Origin: Candidatus Actinomarinales bacterium
GTDB lineage: Bacteria; Actinomycetota; Acidimicrobiia; Actinomarinales; Actinomarinaceae
Assembly (NCBI GenBank): GCA_004214055.1
Contig: SGYT01000003.1
Coordinates: 1-41,717, forward strand
Reading direction: 5' to 3'
DNA: 41,717 nt
This document shows, piece by piece, positions 18,733 to 27,503 of this stretch. Under the pieces are notes generated by a model. The model searched no databases, was not told the origin of the DNA, and saw only the letters and a program-made list of their open reading frames with translations. The stretch's first letter is position 1, and every line of letters starts with the position of its first letter. The position numbers and the translations under genes were made by a program.

Positions 18733-19962
18733 TTAACTAATATTAATTAAATCAATTTGTTTTTTCCAATATCTATATAATTGATTATCTACTAAAGTTG
18801 CGTCATCAATAGTTAAAGGATCTCCTTTTTTTATTTTATTATTTGCTATATTATTTTCAGCAATTCCTAAAGGTAACATATTAATGGCCCTACTTGTTTC
18901 CATTGCTTTTCCATATATTAAATTACCACCAATTGAACCTAAATTTGTACCTGGTAAAATATCTTCTTTAGCATGTGCTACAACTTCAACATTCCAATGC
19001 TCAGCACTAAGTTTTGTTTCTTTATTTACAATTAAACTCATTATGGTCCTTGGGATTTCTAAACTAGTTAAATGATAGGGTCTTGCTAAAGTCCAGTATG
19101 GCCCTTTGCCCATCTTCAAATATTCCATCTCATAATTAACATACTCGTCATCGGAATAAACTACTGCGAAAACACCTGGTGCTATACCAAAAGCAAAGTC
19201 TACAATATTTCTACTGTTAAGTATTCCACCATCTTTTTTTGGTATATAGATTGAATTTAAATTTTCATACGTTGCTTCCGCTCCATGCATTCCTTCGGTG
19301 TCTATATTGAAATCAAGATAGTTTGCAAGAGCTGCCATCTCAATCATTGTCTTGCTCCCATCAACAAAACTTGTGAGCATATATGGATTCATCTTTTTTT
19401 TGATTGCTTCATCTTTTAAAAGTTTTGGAGTAGCAAAAGTATTAAATGGATTATTTTTCCCTTTACCAATCGCAATAACTTCCATTCCTATTTCGTTAGC
19501 AAAATTATATAGCTCAACAGCAGCAACAGGTTCATCTCCGTCTCCAACTGTTACTATAGAATTGTTTCTTTTTGCTTCCTGATTCAGTGCTAGACCTATT
19601 GTTGCTTCAGTTTCAACATTTAGAAGTATTAAATTAATGCCTCTATTTAGAACTTTATTTGCAACATCAGCACCCGAGGATGGAGTGCCAGTTGCTTCAA
19701 TTACAATATCTAGTTCAATATTATCAATTGCTTCAATAGATTTTTCTATTGACATATCATGATTTTTATCTTTTGTATATTTTGCTTGTGCAGAATCTAA
19801 CTTTTCATCATTTTTATCTACTATTAAGACAAGATCTACACCTGTCATTTTATTTAATTGAGTAACTATACCTTGTCCCATTTGACCGGCGCCAACCAAT
19901 GCGACTCTTACGTTTTTGCCTCTGGACTCAACCTCAATAATAAAATTTTTTAATAGGCTCAA
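18733..19962 (-). CDS. NAD(P)-dependent oxidoreductase, homoserine-dehydrogenase-like, with C-terminal SAF domain
   Basis: GAGQMG Rossmann motif, EATG, NVETEATIG, GDEP, GKGKNN, SFVDGSKTMIEM, RPYHL, LPLG. Confidence 0.88.
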   Translation of the reverse strand: MSLLKNFIIEVESRGKNVRVALVGAGQMGQGIVTQLNKMTGVDLVLIVDKNDEKLDSAQAKYTKDKNHDMSIEKSIEAIDNIELDIVIEATGTPSSGADVANKVLNRGINLILLNVETEATIGLALNQEAKRNNSIVTVGDGDEPVAAVELYNFANEIGMEVIAIGKGKNNPFNTFATPKLLKDEAIKKKMNPYMLTSFVDGSKTMIEMAALANYLDFNIDTEGMHGAEATYENLNSIYIPKKDGGILNSRNIVDFAFGIAPGVFAVVYSDDEYVNYEMEYLKMGKGPYWTLARPYHLTSLEIPRTIMSLIVNKETKLSAEHWNVEVVAHAKEDILPGTNLGSIGGNLIYGKAMETSRAINMLPLGIAENNIANNKIKKGDPLTIDDATLVDNQLYRYWKKQIDLINIS

Positions 19963-20633
19963 TTCTGTACCTCCAATAACACTTGAATCTTATCTAAATC
20001 TTCTTTAAAAGTAATTTTTTTATTTAAATTACTACCCTCAATCAAACTAGCTTCTAATCCTGTTTCTTGAGAGACTCTTTCTGTAGTATCAACCGAATTA
20101 AAACTATTGTCTAAAGTTTTGATATATGCTTTTCTTAAAGTCTTAAAGTTAAATATTTGAGGTGTTTGAATTTCAACAATATTTTCATTTACATATTTAG
20201 ATAAATCTTTTGAAAATAATAACGTTCTAACATAGGGTGCTGCAGATTGGTTCTGTTTAGCGTGCTCTATTAAGTTAAGAAGTAATTTTGAAGGAAGAAA
20301 AGCTCTTGCACTGTCGTGTATAACTATAAAATCTTCCTCATCAACATTTTTCTCTTTAAGTTTTTCTAATGCATTTAACTCACTTTCCTGTCTTGATTTG
20401 CCCCCTAAAATAAAATCTATTTCAATATTTGTTTCTATATTTAATAATAATTGTTTAATTTTCTTCTTATTTATCTTGTTGCAAACAATAACTAAAGTAT
20501 CTATAACCCCTGAATTTAAAAAAGTTTCTATAGGGTAGAGAATAAGGGGTTTATTTTTAACTTCTGTAAAAAGTTTATCTCCTTTAAACCTATCACTTTC
20601 TCCTGCTGATAATAGAACTCCATGAACTTTCAA
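19959..20633 (-). CDS. IspD/TarI family polyol-phosphate cytidylyltransferase
   Basis: SAGESDRF..K, GGKSRQES, HDSARAF, QTPQIF, NKKITFKEDL; substrate (MEP vs ribitol-5-P) cannot be determined from sequence. Confidence 0.88.
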   Translation of the reverse strand: MKVHGVLLSAGESDRFKGDKLFTEVKNKPLILYPIETFLNSGVIDTLVIVCNKINKKKIKQLLLNIETNIEIDFILGGKSRQESELNALEKLKEKNVDEEDFIVIHDSARAFLPSKLLLNLIEHAKQNQSAAPYVRTLLFSKDLSKYVNENIVEIQTPQIFNFKTLRKAYIKTLDNSFNSVDTTERVSQETGLEASLIEGSNLNKKITFKEDLDKIQVLLEVQN

Positions 20634-20798
20634 TATATTTTTATAATATTAGCTTTCTAACACTTTGAGAATCTATTTGTGAAAGAATTTTCTCTGGACT
20701 TATATAAGATAATTCATTATTGGCTTTAAGAAGTAAAGTTAGTGAAAAATTTTGAGAATGCAATACTTCTTAGTGTTTAAAACATGTATCTTTTACTT

Positions 20799-21191
20799 AT
20801 GGAAATAATAAATTTAATTGAAGTAAAAAATTCTCTTTATCTTATTCGCAATGAAAAGCAAATTCTACTTTCTAAAGAAAATTTTGATGATATTAACTCT
20901 AGCCATGTAGTGATTAATAATGAAGTTAGCTTAAAGGTGGTTAAGTCAAATATTAACTTAGAAGAATTAGATAATATAAATATGGTCAGTGTAAATCCAG
21001 TTACAAGTGCACTTAAATTAATTGAAAAAGACAAAATAATAAAACATCTCGATAGAAAGAATTATCTAACAATAAGTTACCCAATAATAGCAACAAAAAA
21101 AGACCTCTTTAGTCATTTAATCTCAAATAATTTTTCTTGGGATTTAGATTTATTTATAAAAAATAATAAATTTAAAATTATTAATTTTTAG
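20799..21191 (+). CDS. Small protein resembling a degenerate IspD C-terminal/beta-arm region
   Basis: NPVTSALKLIEKDKIIKHLDRKNYLTISYP resembles the IspD consensus xPVTDTIKxVxxxxIxxTLDRxxLxxxQTPQ; TATCTT 6 nt before ATG 20799 (alternative start 20784). Confidence 0.55.
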   Translation: MEIINLIEVKNSLYLIRNEKQILLSKENFDDINSSHVVINNEVSLKVVKSNINLEELDNINMVSVNPVTSALKLIEKDKIIKHLDRKNYLTISYPIIATKKDLFSHLISNNFSWDLDLFIKNNKFKIINF

Positions 21192-22020
21192 ATTTTGAAT
21201 CTGTAATTACCTGTAATACTCCTACAAAAAGAATAATTAAAAAACCTACAAACTGGTTTAATCTAATATTCTCATTTAAAATCAAAACTCCTAGTATTAC
21301 CCCAGTAGTTGGCTCCAAGTAAGTAATAGTACTAACAGATAAGGGTTTAATTACTTTTACTACATACCAGTATGTAGAGAGACCAATTGCAGTCAAAAAT
21401 ACGCCTAAGAATATACTTACAAATATATTGGAAATCATCCACTGGTAGCCCTCTATCGTGAAATAAATTAAACAAACTCCAGCGACTAGTAGTTGTATGA
21501 AAGCAACTCTTAAGCCACCAAGCTCGGTTGAATACTTTTCACCTATTGTGATAATTAATGCTAAGCTAATCGCACTTAATATCCCGTAAAAAATACCTGT
21601 TAATGAATCTATATACTTTACATCTAGCAAAATCATCAAGCCTAAGAAACCAAAAATTATTATTAGAACTTGTTTTATTGAAAGAGTTTTTCCTTTTATC
21701 TTTTCAATAATTAATACAAATATAGGATAAGAAAATACTGATCCAATTCCTACTGTAACTGAATTAAGTTCTATTGATTCAAACATTGTAACCCAATGTA
21801 TAGCAAGCAAAGGGCCTAAAATTAATCCTGGTTTAATAAGATCTTTTATATTTAATCCTTTTCTAATAACAAAAAATGATAAAAAAATTGACCCAATAAA
21901 TGTTCTTATTCCAACAAGAGAAATTGAACTGATTTCAGATGTTTTAATGATTAATGGTATTGTACCCCATGAAACTGCCAAAACAGTTATAGCTAAATAA
22001 GCCCTAAGAACTTTATTCAC
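21181..22020 (-). CDS. EamA/DMT family transporter
   Basis: Two EamA repeats, SWGT, SYPIF, YLEPTTGVILG..ILNE; about 10 TM segments. Confidence 0.9.
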   Translation of the reverse strand: MNKVLRAYLAITVLAVSWGTIPLIIKTSEISSISLVGIRTFIGSIFLSFFVIRKGLNIKDLIKPGLILGPLLAIHWVTMFESIELNSVTVGIGSVFSYPIFVLIIEKIKGKTLSIKQVLIIIFGFLGLMILLDVKYIDSLTGIFYGILSAISLALIITIGEKYSTELGGLRVAFIQLLVAGVCLIYFTIEGYQWMISNIFVSIFLGVFLTAIGLSTYWYVVKVIKPLSVSTITYLEPTTGVILGVLILNENIRLNQFVGFLIILFVGVLQVITDSKSKN

Positions 22021-23378
22021 TAATCTTGTTGTTTTGAATAGTTACTGAATTGAGTATATTCCTTACTAAAGTAGAGGTCTACTCTTCCTGTAGAGCCTGA
22101 TCTATGTTTTACAATGTTTACTTCTGCAACTCCTGGTCTTTCAGTGGCTGGATTGTAGTAATCGTCTCTATAAAGCATCATTACAATATCTGCGTCTTGC
22201 TCGATTGCACCAGACTCTCTTAAGTCTCCGAGCCTTGGCCTCTTGTCTTCACGTGCCTCTGCTGCTCTATTCAGCTGAGATAAAGCTAATATTGGAACTT
22301 TTAGTTCTCGTGCTAAATTCTTCAAGTTTCTACTTATTTCAGCAATTTCTTGTTGTCTGTTATCACCAGACAATCCTTGCATCAATTGAAGATAATCTAC
22401 AACTATTAAATCGAGTCCTTTTGACGCCTTAAGTCTTCTTGATTTAGCTCTAATATCGGTAACTGTAATTACAGAGGCATCATCAAAATAAAGAGGGATG
22501 TTGTTTACTTTAGAAGCAGCTTCAACAACTCTTGACCATTTCTCTGGACCTAACTGGCCTTTTCTAGCATCTCCAGATGTTACTTTTGCTTCTGAGAATA
22601 ATACTCTCTGCACTAGTTCTTCTTTTGTCATTTCAAGAGAAAAGAAAGCAGTTACTTTTTTTTCTTTTGAAACATTCGTAGCAATGTTTATAGCTAATGA
22701 TGTCTTACCCATGCTTGGACGAGCTGCAATAACTACAAGATTGCCATCTTGTAAACCAGCCAAAGTTGAATCTAGGTCTGTAAAATGTGTAGCTAAACCA
22801 GATAAACCTGTACCTTGATTTTCAATTTCTTCTATTCTTTCAATAGCACCATCTAAAACATCAGATACTCCAATTAATCCTTCTCCTATTGCGTCATCAG
22901 ACGCACTAAAAATTGACTGCTCTGCTTCATCCATAACGTTGTGGATGTCCTTGTCTGTCGCATAAGCTAAGAGTTCAATCCTGCTACTTGCTTTTAAAAG
23001 CTTTCTTCTATTTGACTGTTCTTGAACTATTTCAATATATCTTTCAAAATTTGCTGAGCTTGGAACATTATCAACTAATCTTGCAATGCTTGATGTTTTA
23101 AGGCTTGTTGTATTCTTCTTATCCTTAAATACAACCTCTGTAACAGTTAAAGTGTCAATTGGTTTTCCCGAATCAAACAATTCTTTCATAGCTTCAAAAA
23201 TTGTTTGATTGGTTGGGCTGTAAAAATCATTTGATTTTATTTCTTCCATCAACCTACTTGATGCGTCTCTAGACAATAAAGCACTACCTAACAATGCTTC
23301 CTCTGCTTCAATACTATTCGGTGGAGTTTTTTGAAATTCTGATGACCCTCTTGAAGGAATTACTTCTGGTCCTGCCAT
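22020..23378 (-). CDS. dnaB: Replicative DNA helicase
   Basis: PPNSIEAEEALLG, AARPSMGKT, FFSLEM, VVDYLQL, LSQLNR, DLRESGAIEQDAD; no intein. Confidence 0.98.
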   Translation of the reverse strand: MAGPEVIPSRGSSEFQKTPPNSIEAEEALLGSALLSRDASSRLMEEIKSNDFYSPTNQTIFEAMKELFDSGKPIDTLTVTEVVFKDKKNTTSLKTSSIARLVDNVPSSANFERYIEIVQEQSNRRKLLKASSRIELLAYATDKDIHNVMDEAEQSIFSASDDAIGEGLIGVSDVLDGAIERIEEIENQGTGLSGLATHFTDLDSTLAGLQDGNLVVIAARPSMGKTSLAINIATNVSKEKKVTAFFSLEMTKEELVQRVLFSEAKVTSGDARKGQLGPEKWSRVVEAASKVNNIPLYFDDASVITVTDIRAKSRRLKASKGLDLIVVDYLQLMQGLSGDNRQQEIAEISRNLKNLARELKVPILALSQLNRAAEAREDKRPRLGDLRESGAIEQDADIVMMLYRDDYYNPATERPGVAEVNIVKHRSGSTGRVDLYFSKEYTQFSNYSKQQD

Positions 23379-23830
23379 TATCCAGACTCCGGAATTACTT
23401 CAAGAACAACGTCAAAATCAACATCTTCAGTAATTCTAATTTTTATATTGTGGAGTCCGATTTCTTTTACCTGATCATTTAATTCTATTTGACTTTCTTC
23501 TATTTTGAAACCAGAAAATTTTTCTATTACTTCAACAATCTCATTGTTCGTTACTGAAGCATAAAGTGTTCCTTCGTCTGTTGACTTTTGAGGAATAACT
23601 AAATGAGCATCTGCAAGTGCAAGCTTTATAGATTCGGCCAATTCTTCACCCTCTGTAATCTCAGCAATTCTTTTTTCTTGAATTTTCTCAGCAATAGCTA
23701 TATTGGAATCTGTAGCAACAATGGCTAAATTTTTTGGAAGAAGATAGTTTCTTGCGTATCCTTTTGCTACATCTACAATGTCTCCCTTTCTTCCGAGCTT
23801 TGTTACATCTGAATTGAGTATTAACTTCAT
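23378..23830 (-). CDS. rplI: 50S ribosomal protein L9
   Basis: LGRKGDIVDVAKGYARNYLLP. Confidence 0.98.
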   Translation of the reverse strand: MKLILNSDVTKLGRKGDIVDVAKGYARNYLLPKNLAIVATDSNIAIAEKIQEKRIAEITEGEELAESIKLALADAHLVIPQKSTDEGTLYASVTNNEIVEVIEKFSGFKIEESQIELNDQVKEIGLHNIKIRITEDVDFDVVLEVIPESG

Positions 23831-24108
23831 CTTCTGTTGTAGGATTGTTTATATGTGCTGGTTGTTACATATGGTAATAAAGCAAGTTCTCTAGCTATTT
23901 TTATAAGCCTCGCCACCTTTGCTTGTTCTTGCTTTGTAATTCCTGTAATTAGACTAGATCTGATTTTTCCTCTATCAGAGATAAATTTCTCTAGTAGCTT
24001 AACGTCTTTATATGTTGCTTTAGCAATCTGCTCTTTTGTTATTCTTCTTTGCTTTGGAGCTTCGTATTTCGAGCTCTTAAATTTTGATGTTCTTTTTTGC
24101 TGTGCCAT
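23827..24108 (-). CDS. rpsR: 30S ribosomal protein S18 (Cys-free form)
   Basis: YKDVKLLEKFISDRGKI, ITG, ARELALLPY; operon position. Confidence 0.96.
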   Translation of the reverse strand: MAQQKRTSKFKSSKYEAPKQRRITKEQIAKATYKDVKLLEKFISDRGKIRSSLITGITKQEQAKVARLIKIARELALLPYVTTSTYKQSYNRR

Positions 24109-24117
24109 ATATATTCC

Positions 24118-24543
24118 TTAAAAAGGGGCTTCGTTTTCTTCAAAGTTGTCTCTTGCTTTTGGTTCATCAATGCCTGATGACTCAGAGTTAACATTTGTTG
24201 TTGTCCACTTCAAAGCAGGTCCTATTTCATCTATAATTATTTCTATTTTTGATCTGTTTACACCTGTCTCTTTATCTTCCCAGGAGGAATAATTTAACTT
24301 TCCGACAATAATTACTCTCATTCCTTTTGTTATAGATTTTTCAACATTTTCTGCCTGCTGTCCAAATACAACTCCACTGAAATATTGTGGATCGTCGTCT
24401 ACATTTTCCCACTGGCCATCAACAAAGCGTCTTTTTTTTGGTCCTGCAAAATTTACATTTAATACTGACATACCAGAACCTGTTGTACGCATTTCGGGAT
24501 CCATCGTTACTGTTCCTACTATTGTTACTGTGTTATCTACCAT
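24118..24543 (-). CDS. ssb: Single-stranded DNA-binding protein
   Basis: DPEMR, AENV..SITKGMRVIIVGKL, DEIGPALKW, acidic tail ending EAPF. Confidence 0.96.
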   Translation of the reverse strand: MVDNTVTIVGTVTMDPEMRTTGSGMSVLNVNFAGPKKRRFVDGQWENVDDDPQYFSGVVFGQQAENVEKSITKGMRVIIVGKLNYSSWEDKETGVNRSKIEIIIDEIGPALKWTTTNVNSESSGIDEPKARDNFEENEAPF

Positions 24544-24555
24544 TTTTATCTACCT

Positions 24556-24843
24556 CTAGCTTTCCATCTTTAACACTTTGTGTCTAATAACATCATCAGA
24601 TATTTTTAGCACTCTATCAAGCTCGTTTGGAAGTTTTGCAGAGCCTTCAAATGAGGTAATTGTATAAATACCTTCATCAAATGTATCAATTTGATATGCG
24701 AGCTTGCTTTTTTTCCACACCCCTTGCTCTTCGACCTTACCTCCATTAGAAGTAATTATTTCAGCAATGTTTTTGTGTATTTCATCTACTGTATTTTCAT
24801 CAGTAGTTGGCCTCAAGATTGAGACTAAATCATATTTTTTCAT
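24556..24843 (-). CDS. rpsF: 30S ribosomal protein S6
   Basis: MKKYDLVSILRP, W..LAYQI...EGIY, ELDRVLKISDDVIRH; start corrected to 24843, which follows an AGGAG SD. Confidence 0.96.
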   Translation of the reverse strand: MKKYDLVSILRPTTDENTVDEIHKNIAEIITSNGGKVEEQGVWKKSKLAYQIDTFDEGIYTITSFEGSAKLPNELDRVLKISDDVIRHKVLKMES

Positions 24844-24887
24844 ATTTCTCCTATGGACACTGTACGTGGCTTCTTTCAAAGCAGGTA
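24844..24887 (-). promoter_or_regulatory. Putative S6:S18 (rpsF leader) autoregulatory RNA element
   Basis: mRNA ACCU-GCUUU-GAAA-GAAGC-CACGUACAGUGUCCAU-AGGAG: inner GNRA-capped hairpin, CCA at its 3' base, 5' CCU can pair with the SD. Confidence 0.65.
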
Positions 24888-24913
24888 CTTATTAATTTAA
24901 TACTAGATAAGAC

Positions 24914-25777
24914 TTATGACAGAATTTTCTTAACTTCTTTTTTCCACTCTATTATGTTTTCTTCAGTAAGTTCTCCTGCCCCATATGAATGTTCTTCTGT
25001 GGGAAAATCTCTACTTTCAATATCTTTTTTAAAACTTTTCATACTTTTTAACACTTCTTCGTATTGATTTGTATATCTTTTTACAAATTTTGCATCAATA
25101 TATTCTTTGGATTTCATTCCAATTAAATCATGATATACAAGAACTTGCCCATCAACATCTACCCCAGCGCCTATTCCTATTGTTGGTATAGAAATGTTTT
25201 GACTTACTGTTTCTGCAAGAACAGATGGGACTCCTTCTAAAACAAGAGCAAAGCAGCCAAGACCTTCTAACAAAATGGCGTCTTCTAACAATTTTGTTGC
25301 AAGTTCCAAGGTTCTTCCTTGTATCTTGTATCCACCCATAATATTTTTTGACTGAGGTGTGAGTCCTAAATGTCCCATAACTGGAATTTCTGCATTAATT
25401 AGAACTTCTATCATCTCTTTTCGTTTATTCCCTCCTTCGAGCTTAACTCCGTCAGCCTTACCTTCTTGAATAAATCGTGATGCATTGTAAAGGGTCTCCT
25501 TTGGAGTACTGTGAAAACTCATATATGGCATATCTGCAACTACAAGAGAATCTGGTTTTGCACGTGTTACAGCTTTAACGTGATGCAACATCTCATCCAT
25601 TGATACTGAGAGAGTATCATCATGACCAAGAACTACTTGAGCTAATGAATCTCCAACTAAAATGATATCAATCTCAGCTTGAGAAACTGCTTTTGCTGAG
25701 GGATAGTCGTAAGCTGTCATCATAGAAATTACTCTATCGTTCTTTAGACTAACTATTTTAGGTACTGTTTTTTTCAT
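24914..25777 (-). CDS. panB: 3-methyl-2-oxobutanoate hydroxymethyltransferase
   Basis: MTAYDY, ILVGDSL, ADMPYMS, VKLEGG, GHLGLTPQS, IGIGAG, DGQVLV. Confidence 0.97.
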   Translation of the reverse strand: MKKTVPKIVSLKNDRVISMMTAYDYPSAKAVSQAEIDIILVGDSLAQVVLGHDDTLSVSMDEMLHHVKAVTRAKPDSLVVADMPYMSFHSTPKETLYNASRFIQEGKADGVKLEGGNKRKEMIEVLINAEIPVMGHLGLTPQSKNIMGGYKIQGRTLELATKLLEDAILLEGLGCFALVLEGVPSVLAETVSQNISIPTIGIGAGVDVDGQVLVYHDLIGMKSKEYIDAKFVKRYTNQYEEVLKSMKSFKKDIESRDFPTEEHSYGAGELTEENIIEWKKEVKKILS

Positions 25778-25868
25778 ATTTATCTCTCCGCCTTATTGGT
25801 CGAAGGACTTATTTCTATTTTATATCAATAAATTTAATAAACAAAAAACTTATAATTAATATCTAGTT

Positions 25869-26474
25869 ATGGTGAAAAAATTAAAATATTTTTTTCTATT
25901 AGTATTAATTACATGTACAAATACAACGGTTGGTAATTTTATGTCTGAAGAAAATGAAAAAGCTTATTTTGCTGGTGGCTGTTTCTGGTGTATGGAGCCT
26001 CCATTCGAGGACTTAGATGGAGTTATTGAAGCAACATCTGGCTACATGGGTGGTACAGTTGAAAATCCTAGCTATGAAGAGGTCACAACTGGCCAAACAG
26101 GTCATGCTGAAGTAGTGGAAATTCTGTATGATCCAAATATTATTTCTTATGAAGAACTTCTTGAAGTATTCTGGAGAAATATTGATCCGACAGCATTAAA
26201 TTATCAATTTGCTGATGTGGGTTCCCAATATAGGACAGAAATATTTACTCTTGGAGAAGAGCAAAATAAATTGGCAGAAGAATCTAAAGCTGAACTTGAA
26301 GAATCTGGCAAGTTTAATAAACCAATTGTTACTGCAATTTCTAAAGCTCCTGAGTTTTATATTGCTGAGGAATACCACCAAGATTTTTACAAAAAGCAAA
26401 CTGCCCGTTATCAACTATATTCAAGAGCGAGTGGGAGGAAGGGGTTCCTTGAAGATACCTGGGGAGACAGCTAG
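25869..26474 (+). CDS. msrA: Peptide-methionine (S)-S-oxide reductase with N-terminal signal-like extension
   Basis: FAGGCFWCME, GYMGG, GHAE, DPT, DVGSQYR, AEEYHQDFY. Confidence 0.95.
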   Translation: MVKKLKYFFLLVLITCTNTTVGNFMSEENEKAYFAGGCFWCMEPPFEDLDGVIEATSGYMGGTVENPSYEEVTTGQTGHAEVVEILYDPNIISYEELLEVFWRNIDPTALNYQFADVGSQYRTEIFTLGEEQNKLAEESKAELEESGKFNKPIVTAISKAPEFYIAEEYHQDFYKKQTARYQLYSRASGRKGFLEDTWGDS

Positions 26475-27439
26475 GACTTTAAAGTGCTATATAAAGCTTC
26501 CTTCCAAGCGTCATTATCAATCTCCCAGCAAACATTAATATTTCTTTCTGTCTTTGACCACCATTCATCTATATTTGGTTCGTTCTCACCAACATGTAAT
26601 TGATCAACAATAGTCATTCCCCTTGACGGTCCTTCAAGCGCTATCTGAACATTGTGTTTTGATTCTCTTTTTATTACATTTTTATCTAAAGCGACTGCCA
26701 TTGCAACTGGATCGGGTAAACCTAATCCCGGATCTCCTAACCAATTTTTACTTGAATCTAAAGCGTGTTTATTACAATCAATTGTAAAATCACCCTTTTC
26801 AGTTTCAAAAGTATAAACATAAGCCATTTCTTCTTCAGTTAAATTTGCACCTCCTCTACAAAGTTCCCATCCAACCATTGTTATGTCAGGATGTTGAGAT
26901 TTAAAAACTATATCTGCTGCTTCTGGATCGCACCAAATGTTATATTCGGCTGCAGGGGTCACATTGCCAACAGTATTGGAAGCTCCTCCCATTATTACAA
27001 TATTCTTAAGAAGTAAAAAAGAATCTGGATACTTTGTTATAAAATCTGCAATATTTGTTAATGGGCCTAAAGTAACAAGGGTTATTTCGTTTGGGTTTTC
27101 ATCTATATGGCCTCTTAAAACTTCTATAAAATCATCCTCTGTTTCAGGATGTTTCGGTGCAGGGTAGTTCATTCCTCCCATCCCATCAGGACCATGAAAC
27201 CAATCTGCGTGCTCTCTCTTCTTTTTTAATGGTTTGTCTGCACCTATATAGACTGGAGTGTTCTTCTTACAGAGCTCAACAGTGTATCTTGCATTGATGC
27301 TTCCTTGTTCAATTGGCATATTCCCCGATACAATGCTTATTCCAAGCACATCAACATCTTCCCACTCTAAAGCCATTAATAAAGCAACTGCATCATCAGA
27401 GGCTGTATCCGTATCAATAAAAAATTTTCTTTTATTCAT
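26471..27439 (-). CDS. Nucleoside hydrolase (IU-NH family), paralog B
   Basis: DTDTASDDA Ca-binding motif, VSGN, HGPDGMG, LGPLTN, GNVTPAAEYNIWCDPEAA, LPDP. Confidence 0.93.
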   Translation of the reverse strand: MNKRKFFIDTDTASDDAVALLMALEWEDVDVLGISIVSGNMPIEQGSINARYTVELCKKNTPVYIGADKPLKKKREHADWFHGPDGMGGMNYPAPKHPETEDDFIEVLRGHIDENPNEITLVTLGPLTNIADFITKYPDSFLLLKNIVIMGGASNTVGNVTPAAEYNIWCDPEAADIVFKSQHPDITMVGWELCRGGANLTEEEMAYVYTFETEKGDFTIDCNKHALDSSKNWLGDPGLGLPDPVAMAVALDKNVIKRESKHNVQIALEGPSRGMTIVDQLHVGENEPNIDEWWSKTERNINVCWEIDNDAWKEALYSTLKS

Positions 27440-27503
27440 CTACTTTTTAGGATATCAAATATATCAAAATACTGTGCCTAGTTAAATACAAATAGCCGTC
27501 TAA

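Noticed and set aside
20634-20783. TGTGA half-site (CRP-like) in the 150-bp divergent spacer
   Set aside because: The second half-site (TTTCT) does not match TCACA; unsupported without conservation data
22020-23378. Intein in DnaB, or replication origin next to it
   Set aside because: 452 aa is normal length, and there is no intergenic space or DnaA-box cluster
24844-24879. Extended rpsF start (TTG at 24879)
   Set aside because: An SD precedes ATG 24843, and the extension coincides with the leader RNA
9846-26474. Selenoproteins or tRNA-Sec near selAB (IscA/HesB, Prx-like and MsrA families have Sec forms elsewhere)
   Set aside because: All three have Cys codons and uninterrupted frames; no tRNA with a TCA anticodon was seen in the window
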